Below are positions 38,501 to 50,500 of a stretch of 64,000 bases of DNA, piece after piece. The stretch spans positions 499,292-563,291 of the forward strand of contig NMRA01000260.1 of assembly GCA_002633005.1 (NCBI GenBank), written 5' to 3'. Source of the DNA: Phoronis australis. Its lineage: Eukaryota > Animalia > Phoronida. The stretch's first letter is position 1; every line of letters begins with the position of its first letter. The notes under the pieces are model-generated. The model searched no databases. It was not told the DNA's origin and was given only the letters and a program-made list of their open reading frames with translations. The position numbers and the translations under genes are program-made.

Positions 38501-41500
38501 CTAAAGCCAATTGTTCGTGACTAGATATTTACATTGTGCTATGGCCTAAAGATGGCGCTTAAACAGTTTTTGGTGGATTTGACTTTGGAAATCTTGGTAC
38601 AGACAATTCTAGATCTCAGTTCCACAGAATGTACAAACAAGAAATTAAAACCTTTATATTGGGTCGAACACTTCAAAAAACTTGCACAAAGACCAAAAAC
38701 CGATTCCGAAGTGAGTTTCTGCATCTTTAAGACCACCTAACGTGCTGCCAGCTACCGAAAAAATGAGCAAAAGTACACCGAAGATGCAGTTTCAATCTCA
38801 ACAAGTCCAGCATTAGTTGCAGTCACTGTCAACTTAGATATAGTACATACAGACTGTCGAATTAAGCCATCTAGATTATAGAAATCATGCAAAAGCTAAG
38901 GTGGTTAAAGTCCATTTGTCCGAAAGGTTACTCCAAAATTTATAGTTCTTGCTTGCAAGTTTGTAAAATTTTAAGGAAAACAACTAATATTAAGATCCAC
39001 GTGCACTGTATTAACAAAGGTCCTTTATTCCCACCGGAAATTGCCGTGATTGATGCGGCAGTGCCTTCCCTCTGGTGATGTTCTTTAACCGTAAATATGA
39101 ACTGGCCGTTCTTCCCCCAATACTTTTATTTAATTGCCTGTGACTATGAAAACCCAATTGGGGGCTCGAAAAATGTTTCCACAAAATTTGCTCTTCAACA
39201 ACATCAGATTGTTTTTATATCTTTTATCCACATTCTGTATCCAAACGCCGCTTACAGTGTACCAAACAAGGGAGCTGAAACCAAAACATCATCGCTCTTC
39301 CCTCTTTTCAATTCAATAAACTTCAACAGGTGAGGTATAAACTATTGGGCTAATTCAACCACGACAAAAATATTTCCAAAAAAATTGTGGAAATCGTAGC
39401 CATTAACCCTCATGATGAACGTCGATGATTCTTCTCCATAGCGCCGCCGGCAGTGATTTCAAGTTGACGACTGACGAGTCCCTGGTAATTGTCTCGCACG
39501 ATGGTCATGTGTTCTGGAGATTTCCCACTACCTTGACAAGCTTCTGTCCGCTAGATGTCACCTACTTTCCGTTCGATAAGCAGGTAAAAAGCAACGCTCT
39601 ATTTTAAGTAAAGTGAAGCCAATCTATTAATTTGAGTATTGTGTTCTTAGTATGTTAATCTTATGTTAAACATGTATTGTTTTATGGTTTTCATAGACAA
39701 TTTAATATAATATGTTCCTTTTCCACGAGTCGTTGCTTGTGAAACATCCCCGTTAATGAAAACTATATCCTGTTTGAGTGACCCCTCAAACTAGTTTTCT
39801 CTTGATTAGAGACCCAAGCTTAAACACGATCCTCGTTGTGGTAAAAAGTGCATACCTTGTTGTTCTAAAAAGGGGTGTTCCCCCACAATCGTCGGAAGCG
39901 TTTGTCCATTTCCCAGATTGCGCAAGAAATTTTCAAACTTTCTCCGAACATTTGATCGGTGACCAAGGTTACAGGATAGTGTTCTGTTGCAAAAATCGAA
40001 ATCATGTTGTTCTAGTCATCATTCCTTAATTGGCTAAAAGGTCGCTTAATAACTGTTTAATTTTTGCACAGCAACACCTTTATTTTTTCGCTGGCATACA
40101 TTTCATTACGCAGTTTACGAACCACTGCCATCGTGTTTACTTCAATTACATATTTCAGTGTTGCGTGTCCGTGTACATCCACGGTAGCTGGGATTGGTGC
40201 CTGAAGGCAAGGTTATACAAGACCCATATTTGACTAATTTCGGAGCCTCATATCTCAGAAGTGACGGATTGACTTCGTATGAAGCTTTGGCTCTCTATTC
40301 GTCATGAATTTGTCTCTTAATGTCTGTTAAGAGTTGTCATTAAAATGTTCCAATTTTGCAAGAAGGGTTATCAGAAATAGGATTTTTTTATTTGCAAGGC
40401 GAATTATTAAGTTACATAATGCAAAAGCGAAATGATGTTTAAGAAACTGGTTACAACATTTTTGAGTTCTCATCTTGAAACTTGTATCAAATCAGATTTT
40501 ATCATGTTGTTGACGCTGTTCTGCTACAACAAATGTTCATTTTGGTAAACTTTGCTCAAAAGACATGGTCTCGTGACTCAATTAATGACAAATTGGCAAA
40601 ACGTTAAAGACCGAATTCATCAGGTATTCTACTTTCAGAAAATTTAGACTTTTGCTGAGTTAAAATCTTCAGTTTTGTAGACATCGGATCGTAATTGCGA
40701 CACTGTATGTCTACGAATGTATACTGCAACTCCCGGAAGACAAAAAGTTGGAATTTGCATTAAATATGGATGTAGGGGTAATCAGTTACCGGGGAACGAT
40801 TTCCGAGTTTTGGTAATACGCAAGAATTCTTGTTTCCTGACTAGAGCCTACAGTAGCTTGCTTATTGTCTTTGTGTCATTATATCACAGACGTGAAGATG
40901 CGGCCGTGAAGTAATCCTTATATTCAAACGTGAAATATGAAATAACAACTTTTCCATATTTGACTTGCATCTGAAATTACTACCATTTAATCTGATTCGG
41001 ACATGACAGCGTATGTATCTACACAAACACAAGACAATATTTTGCAGTCACTAAACCTCAATATTGACCGCTGCCGTTCGAATTCCTTTGAAAACTTATC
41101 GTGAAGCAGTGGAAATCTCATTGCTGTTCGATCCCAGGATCTAATTTCTCGCATCCCACCGACAACTTCTACCCGCTGTTGAAATCTGGGAAAGCACCCG
41201 CGTTGCCGACACTTAACTCACCAGTAGCAAAATCGATCAATTCGCATCGTAAGAAGTTCCTTGTCCACAGGCGTACATGTATGTATGAAAAATGGTACAA
41301 TGTACGTGTATAGTTTACATGTATTTTATTTCAACGTGTGACATAGAAAATGGTTTTCAGCTGAAAATGAAGACACTAGTCGTCATTGTGGACCTAACCA
41401 AAGCTTTCGACAAGGTTTGGAAGGAAGGCTTGGTACTCAAGTATGTGGCAAACTGTATGCGTGGATTAACAGTTATACGCTACAGACAAACACCTTGATA

Positions 41501-44500
41501 AGGATTAGGGAAGGAGTACCCCAGGGCAGCATAATTGCACCGACACTCTTTGTTGACATTACTGATCACCTGTCCATGCACATCTCATGGACTCTAGCAT
41601 GACCTGGCTGTATGGACAAAAACAGAATACTTAATCACAGCAGCGTACAGAATGCAGAAAGCCATGGACATCATCCTAAACTGCGCAAGAGAATGATGGT
41701 CACGATCAACACGACCAAAACAGAGACAATGTGCTTTTCCCTCTCTCCCAAAAAAGAAGATTTCTCGCTGCAGCTGGATAGTCAGAATATTCCCCACCAA
41801 GAAACCCCAACTTACCTCGGGGTTGAGCAGGACAAGAGGCTTACTTTGTCCCCGCACATTGCTGCCATGGGCAGCAAAGCTACTAAGAAATTTTCTGTGT
41901 CGAAGAAACTGGGTGGTACCAGTTGGAGCGCTAAAATGAAATCTTGACCCAAGTTTGCGCAGGATCTGTCTGGCCCCAAATGAGGTACACCTCTAACGCA
42001 TGGTCTACAGCTGCCAAAACCAACACAGATAACTTAGCCAGGGTCCAGATTACTGGTGTCTGCGTAATCACAGGAGGCATGAAGACCACCCCATCATGCA
42101 AATGTAGAACACGGCAGGCTTAAGGTCATTGGAAGAAAGACGGGATGAGAAACTCCTGAGACAGGGCGAAAAGATGAAGCGGCTCACATCCACTACATTC
42201 CAAACTCCAAGCCCCGACTAAAAACCGCATCAAGAGGCAGAGTCCAAACTACCTCATCAAGACACTTCAGCAGAAACATTAACCTCTGCTATCCTCAACC
42301 ACCCAACCACTAGAAATGCTCCAATACTTTGAAGAATGGTCGCTAGACGTTCTTCCTATGTCTTTCGATAACCCTAGGATAAGACCAAAGCATACATAAC
42401 TGGAGGAAATCCTGAAGGCCTTTACCCTAGAAACCCTGGACAGAGACTACCCCATCGCTTCTTTGACCCGAGTCTATACAATTGGCTCTGCTGAGAATAC
42501 TGCCAGACATGGGGGACACGAGATGATCATTCTCAGCAGCAAAACCACTATTGTGCTGCAATGGATTCCCTCCCACTGCCGCATCAGCGGCAACGAGGAA
42601 GCAGACAGACTCTCCAAGATAGGAAGCAAAAGAAAAAACCCTCCTACGAAGTCACTGTAGAAATGCCTGGAAGGAACGCCTACGTCTGGGGACTGAAGAA
42701 GACTACATATATATCCGCTTGACAGGCAAGAACAAGTCACTTACTTCAGTTTAAGAACTGTCCACTGTCAGCTGCTCTCCCACATGCATCGCCTGAAAAT
42801 CTCTCACACTGACGAGTGCCCGTGTGGCACATACCCTCAAACACCTGAGCATTTACTGCAGAGCTGCCATACGTTCGATACCCTAAGGCGCCAGTCCGGG
42901 GGAATTCAAAATAAAAGTGTGTTGCCCGACAACATCATTGAGACAAACCGCATGCTTTGCCCAGAAGACCAGACTGTCCATCTAAGCTACATGGCAGGAA
43001 ACGCTGAAGATGAAGAAGATAGAAAGTTGCGTGCGAAAGATCGGAGTGTTTAGACGGTTTTGAACATCATATGGGAACGTCATTCGGTGAATATTTGGAT
43101 TCTCCATCCAAAATAGTTTACTCAAAAAATATTTCCAGACGTCTTTTTCTAGAAAAGTCTGTTGGCTTATGTCTTTTGACTCTCGGTTGTAAATCAGCTT
43201 TAGTTACGGTTGCCTTGGCGTGTTTCACGAAAACTGGTCTATAACTCGAAGTCAAAAGACACATATCAGCAGTGCACTCAACGTACAAGACTGGAGACTA
43301 AACGTTTTGAGAAACGTAAAATAAAAAATTCCCTATACGTATTCATATTACTGGATTTTGTCTTCAGTAATGAGACAAAAGTCAATAGTCTCTTTGAGAA
43401 ATGGGCCACATTTCTCTCAAAGCACTGCTCCCCACTGCACTCTCTTTACAAATATCTCTGCTGCAAGTTTATGAGTGTGTCTTTTGTTAACAGGTGTGCC
43501 ATATGAAGTTTGGCTCATGGGTGTTTAATTTGGAGCAACTAGATCTACACTCGGTAGGAGACACCGGGGACACAAGTGTGTATAAAGGTAGGTCTTTGTA
43601 AAATCAGAGCCTGCGAGGAGGGGGCTTGGAAGCTGTCTGCTCAGCTACATTGCATTTCACTTAAGACAAGCGACATGCGGTGGCTCTTGTTTCGCAAAAG
43701 ATCTGACCTGTAATTTTCTGGGGGATGTATTACAAACCAATTGCAGGATACCTTACCTCCTTTGCTCCCACTCTGGATGCCTTCCAAGCCTCTGTGCTCT
43801 GGAATCTTTACTATGAAATACGTCTTTAAAAAGTATGGGAAACTCGAACGGCTTGTTAGTTTTATGTAAATGTAGGGCTGCCATGTAAAAGGCCTATGTG
43901 ACGGTTCAAAATGCCAAGGTTATTTACGTAGAGAAACTTCAATGAGTTCTCTGGTCTCTCATTTAACCTGTTTACGTTTCAATGAAATCGGATTAAACTT
44001 TATAGTCATACGTTTTTTTATGCGCACACATATTTATACGTGGGTGCATACTGCCGTCTTCTCTGGGCGACCAGTGTCTGCGCGGGGCTGTATCTCCTTG
44101 CATGATCATGACGAGATTTGGTAGGTGTGGCGACCTGTAGTGGCAATTTTTAGCGTCCACGGTTGCATCTCCTTAGCTCTTTGGAGGATCTTTGTGAAAT
44201 TTGACCGATATGTTCCTATGACGACGATTTTCAGATGTGCCCCAAGGGGCAGTTTTTTACGTTTGCTTCCTAGTTCTTTCGTGGATTTTCATGGAATTTA
44301 CATGCAGCAAGGTTTCTGTTAAAGAGGTGATGACGCCTTCCTCTTTCGGAAGGATTTGACGCATTCTGCGGCACCTGGTGGCAGTTTTAAACAATTTTGT
44401 GAACGTTTGAGGCCCGCCGTTCCATTTGCAAAACCGCTCAGTGGATCAATATAAAATTAAAAGATGATTTCGTGACGGACGTGTGTAATAACTGTGTCGA

Positions 44501-47500
44501 CCCCTAGTGGCAACTTTTGTTTGTCTGTGTCAAAGCTATATATCCTTAACTCTTTGGTATTTTTTTAAGTTTGGCATATATTATGTTCCAATGAAGATGA
44601 TAACGGATGACGATGCAGGTGTGCCACCTAGTGGCAGTTTTATTTTTTTACGTTTGCCGCTGTATCGTCCGTGTTCCACGATGGATTTTTGTGAAATTTT
44701 GCATGTTTCTCTCAAGAAGATGGTTACGTCTTTTAGTTTTCGGAGGGATGTGAAGTATTTTGCTCACCTGATGGCAAGTTTAAAAAAATGCACAGTACGT
44801 TTTTAATGTCTGCCTTCGTATTCAACCAAACGTTGGAAGGATTGTTGTGAAAGTTAATAGTTGTTTTCCTTTTGAGGAAACCGCAGTGGACACTGATTTT
44901 CGGACAGGTTCGACTACTGTGGTGACCCCTGGTAGCATTTATTGTTTTGCTTCCACGGCTATATGTCCTAAACTGTTTGGAGGATCTGTATGAAATGTGA
45001 CAGATATGTTTCTATGGGCATGAGTACGGATAACGACGAGTTTCAGACCAATTCTAGTACAGGTTTTTCCCCTAGTGATGGTTTTCGTTCTTTTTACGCT
45101 TGACTCTGTATATCTGGATATCATTCATTGATGGATTTCTCTGAATTTTTCAAATAGGTTTCTATTAAAGTGACAACTATGCCTTTCTATTTTCAGACAG
45201 ATTCAATACACTTTGCCACACCTGGTGTCACTTTTTGTTCCTTTTTTTAGCGTTTGCCTCTTTGTCTACCAAACTGCTCAAAGGACCATGATCAANCCCC
45301 CCCCCCCCCCTTGGGATGATTTCGTATTTTTTGCAACCATAGCTGCAGCTCCTGGTTTCTTTTCATGATTTTTGTTAACTTTTGCAGGTGTTTTCTTATA
45401 GATGTGAAATTGGTTGCTCATCACTTTTTGGACGGCTCTTATTATCACCGCGCCCCCTGTAGCAATTTGTACAAAGAACAGTAACAAAAGAACTAGTAAA
45501 CAAAATCTTTTGACTTAGCAAGACAGGAGTTTCATAGATCTAGCCTCCATTCGTTACAATAACGTACGTTGAAGACAAGACTGTACTTTTTTGTTTTGGC
45601 AGCTTTGTACAAATTCGCTCGTAGTCTCTAAACAACCTCCAATCTTCAAATTATATTAAGCTGTCAAACAAAATGTACAGTCATGTCTTCAACAAAGCTT
45701 GTGTTATTGAAGGGTTGCTACCGAAAAATACTATATTCTATGTAAATCTAAACCCATCACTAACTGGGATAAAGTTAAATGCATTGTGTAAACTAACTAA
45801 TAGATAACAGTTTTGTTCTAGTTCAAATCACTCCGTACAATTGTGATATGGATGATTTGCGTGTCTGCGTATTCTGTTCAGAGTGAGGATGTACGTCAAG
45901 AACAGTAGCTTGTTTCGGTATTACATACATTTACATGCTTCAATATTCAATAGACAGACAAACATGTATTATCAATGTTAAAACTATACCACGTGGTTCC
46001 AAGTTTGAGTTTGAAGTACAACTTTAGATAATATTGACTGACTCATTTCTCTATGAGTGCACTTGATTGACTTCGCTGGCTCTCAGTGAGGATTTCAGGC
46101 TAACAGACCAATCAGGTCTTAGCTGGGTGACCCGGCGGAACCGGTGAACTTGAAGTCAATCAAGTGAAAACATTGTTTAGTTTCCAGGGGACAAATTCAA
46201 TATTTACTTGAGCTTAATATTTTTTATTATATTGTTGTTCACTGATTTCTCAAACCCTAACCTGATAATGAGCATGTTTAACAGAAGAAAATCATAATCT
46301 AAGGTGTACCTATCAAAATAGACATGAAAACCCTCCTTTAAATGGATACATGTATTTCTATGTAAGGCCATTAATGCTTTAAAAGGAGTTGTTACCACCG
46401 CCTATTTTCAGAAAACAACGAGTGGGTTCTTAAGAAATTTGTAGTTAAAAGAACTGTTGACAGTTATAATCACACCAACGAGAAATTCCCGGATCTGACG
46501 TTTTCGCTGCATTTGGAGAGAAGGTCATTATATGTTTGTTTCAACTTGGTAAGTGTAGCTGACTAACGCATTCGAATTACAGGTTGTAGCTACCAATTTT
46601 TTTTTCTTTGAATTTAGAAATTCCAGCTGTGACATTGTAAAGAGAAACGCTTCAGTTTATAATATTTCTGGACAATATATTCAAACCTAATCCATTCTTC
46701 CGCGTTTCATTTATTCATATCCAAGGATTTTGCAGACCCAGTTTTAATAATGGTGCCACACACATCCTAGAACAAGTCCAACTTATATTTATCGCTATGG
46801 AGTGACAAATTCACAGGACGTATGAGCCTACCTCCATGAACGCCATTCAATAGGATACGTTTTGCTTTGGTGACTAAAACCTTAAGCCGCGTAAAGAGTT
46901 TCGTCTTGCATTGGCACCGCGGTGAATGGATGTCTGATTGTAAAATATCACATATGCAGTCGTAAACATAATGGGGTTCTGATTTTTAACGTTTTTCTCA
47001 CACACGTTCTACTGTCTAAGATGCCGAATGAACCACTTTTATCATAATCTATTGTTCAGGTATTCTCTCCGTAGATTCTTCCATCATGCCTGATTGCCGC
47101 CATTGGTATGTTGGCATACATACTGCCCTCTGACGACGGCGAGAAGATTGGTCTCTGCGTCACCATGTTGGTGGCACTCTCCTTCATAATGTTACTGATG
47201 GCTGACAAGATGCCACCGACCTCCACGTCCATCCCACTGTTGGGTAATCTGTTTCTTCTTCTTCACCTGCCACTTACATTGAATCACTAGCATTCAAAAT
47301 CACTAATATATCCACATTGTTTTCAAGCGACATAACCGTTTCCGAAAAACATTTGCTGTTTCAAATTGCATTAGATGCCGGACAAGTCAATGACCTTTAA
47401 CCTTGCAATATGTGGAAGAGTAACATTGCTCAATAAGGCAGTGACACCTGGAATTCCCTGTTGAGGCATCAGAGCGAATTCTTAGATTTGGACTTTGTCG

Positions 47501-50500
47501 TAAACAGTCCCGACTGCGGTGAGCACTAGACTGAAAAACGGGAGTGGTGGCCAGAGACTATGTAATGTAGGAGTCAAGAAATAACTCCAAATTTGACTTT
47601 TTTTGGCACAGCATATTGAAGGACTAATACGATTGATATGAAATTTCCGATGTTATATGCAAAAAAAATATCAGTTGCACATTCTGGAATTTACTATGTG
47701 GAGCCGCCTGGAGATTGATGTCTGATTCCTTTCCTCGAAAACAAGACCTGAATATACCTGGACCATGAGTCAGACGACTTAAATCTGACACCCCCGCGTC
47801 TATTCAAAGAGGGATTCTTCCTAGACAGGCTGCATGACACCTCAATAAAACCAAGAACTTTCTCTGCCCAATGCCATGACGTCTGCTGTCGCAAATGAAA
47901 TGATGAATACTAATGTTCATCGCGGTCCATTTAGCTACTCTGCATTGTGTTGTGAATAATTGTTTTGAAGATGTTCCAATTTTGCCTGAGGGTCTATCAT
48001 AACAGGACTATTTGCTTTCGTGAAAAATCACACGAGTTGCACGAAATTAACGTAAGCGAAACGTGCAAAATGTTACTAACTTCATGTCCACGCGACACAA
48101 ACTATGGCACATTGATAAAAGGTCACAAATCAAATTATGCAAGCTTTCAGCTTACTGACTGTATAGTTCTTTTGCTATTTGGCTAAATACGTGGGAATAC
48201 TTGGCGACAACGTCCTAAACAGCCTTAAGTTTATCTTCACTGACGACGTCTTCAACTACCTGTTTCTAGCTGTAGGCCCTAGGTCATGATCATAACCTTT
48301 GCGTGTGCACAACAGTATCCCACAAGTCATCTCACATTTTAAATCCCAAAAAATTGAAACCAGCGGTTCACAATACTATGCCTGTAGGCATTTGACCACA
48401 GAGATATTCTCTTACCACCGTCGGCCTGACAATTCTAAATTCGCATTCACCATGCAGTGAGCGTTAGTCAATGTGTAGGTGAAGGTGACAGGTGTTCGAT
48501 CTCGCCTGTTTGTTTTCATTAGGAGATGCCAATATAGTGTAGCATTTACAGAATTGCTGTAGTAAATACGAACATAAATTGAATTTTTGTGAGGACAACA
48601 TGTTTAGTATATTTTACGAAGACTGCATCTTATTTTTGCTAGAGCTTGCAAAACACTCACAGAATCAATCTTCTTTACAGGAGAGTTCTTCGCCGTCATT
48701 GTCATCATGTTCTCTTTGACGACACTGTTGTCAGCGTTTATTATCCATGTCCACTTTCGAGGGGGCCGTGGTAAACCCGTACCAAAATGGGCGAAGGTCT
48801 TGGTACTCAAAGGTTTGGCTAAAATCCTCTGCTTTGACGTGGATTGCAGCGGATATCATGAGTACGAAACGTCGGAAGGGAGTTATTCCCAGGTAAGTCA
48901 GAGACACTATTTTGAAGCCTCTGCAGCAAAGAACAAACTTGCTGTTTCCTTACTGACTTGGTTTTAAACAAGTACCAGTACGTTTAGAAGGTATTATGAC
49001 TAATATTAAATTTCTGTTACGAGTTTTCCAACTTGTAAATTGTGATATGTTATAATTGTTATCAACGGGCTTTTGCAAGGAGTTGATTCCCTTTGGTAAG
49101 AATCGGTGCACATTATGTACACTTTTGGCTTTATTCATTTTTGTTCCGTTTAAACCGAGAGCACTTCTGTGAACAATAAACATTGTTGAAATTTTCAAGG
49201 AATGTTGATAAAAACAACGATGAATTCAAATGGGGTTGACATGTTTCGGTGTGGTCACCTTGCTAGGCTCTACAACAAGTAACGAAACACAGACACAGCA
49301 GCAAAGTGGCCATTGTCTTTGCTTCTGAGGATGGGGTCGCGAATAAGCGAAGCGTGTTGCTTCTCGCGTGAAATAAGATTGAAAGAAAACTATAAAAAGT
49401 ACGCAATTGTTCTGTTTTACCTTGTAAATCGTAGGCGGATTTAGAGGGAGGCCCAGGAGGCCCGCTCCCCCGCCCAGGGCGTGAGGAGATATTGAGCCTA
49501 TGAATTAATTCCAGTAATTAACATGCGGCCGAAAGAGGGGGACTGGGTCTCAGACCTGATTGCAAATGTTTGTCACAGGCGACTTGCGGAATCGTTTTTT
49601 TAGTCCTCCGTTTGTTTTTGGTAGAAGGACCAGAAATTCGACCACCACTCTACCTTTCAGGCTGGGTACGCGCATGCAATCGTACTTTGCGCAATTGCCA
49701 GAGACAAAATTTTGGACCCCCTTATGATATCCTAGATCTGCCATTGTAAGTTCTCAACAGAAGGCGTTTTTTGATAAACATCAAAACACGCCATCTTTGA
49801 GGCGATTTAAATCCATCGTTGTTTTTTATCAACGTATTCTGCAACTTGCTGTAATGGAGATCTTTTCAAGGAGTGTTATATTTATACACAGTGTCAATTA
49901 CGTCATTGCTAAGCCGCAAATTTCAAAATGGAGTAAATCAAGTTAGCGGTGGTGAATCCTTCCCGAGTTGAGTTGGAACAGTCATTGAACCTTTTTACGT
50001 CATGCGTAATTTATTGATTGCTTGGTTGATTGAATACATAAAAACGGATGACTGTAAAAGTGAAACTTAATTACAAATGAATAAGACGACAAATTGATCG
50101 TAGATGAGAAAAATGACGTACAAGCTGAATGGACGATAAGACTTGACAGCACATGCAAAACATTGATAATACAGTAAAAAACGCAACAAGATAAAAAATA
50201 AATAAACAACAAGCAAAAGCAAACAAATGAAACTCATAAGTAATGATAACACTACTCAATAGTCCCGGCAGTCTGTCCATAACTTTCCCTGGAGGAATAT
50301 GGACGGAAAATTTAACGTCACCTTACAGTGGAAGTCTAGGAGATGCCGCCATCTTGGTTCTAACGCTTGCCACTATATGGTAAATAACACTGAGTCCAAA
50401 ATTGCTACTGAAAAAATAACCAGTTAATGTTTGCTTTAAAAAAATGTGACTGAAATGCTAATTTGTATGGTTCACAGATGTTGTGACTCGAGCTTCAGAT

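Noticed and set aside
47052-47074. Alternative acceptor ttcag 15 nt upstream of gene B exon 8
   Set aside because: It would add GTA TTC TCT CCG TAG (an in-frame stop) and is not conserved in gene A
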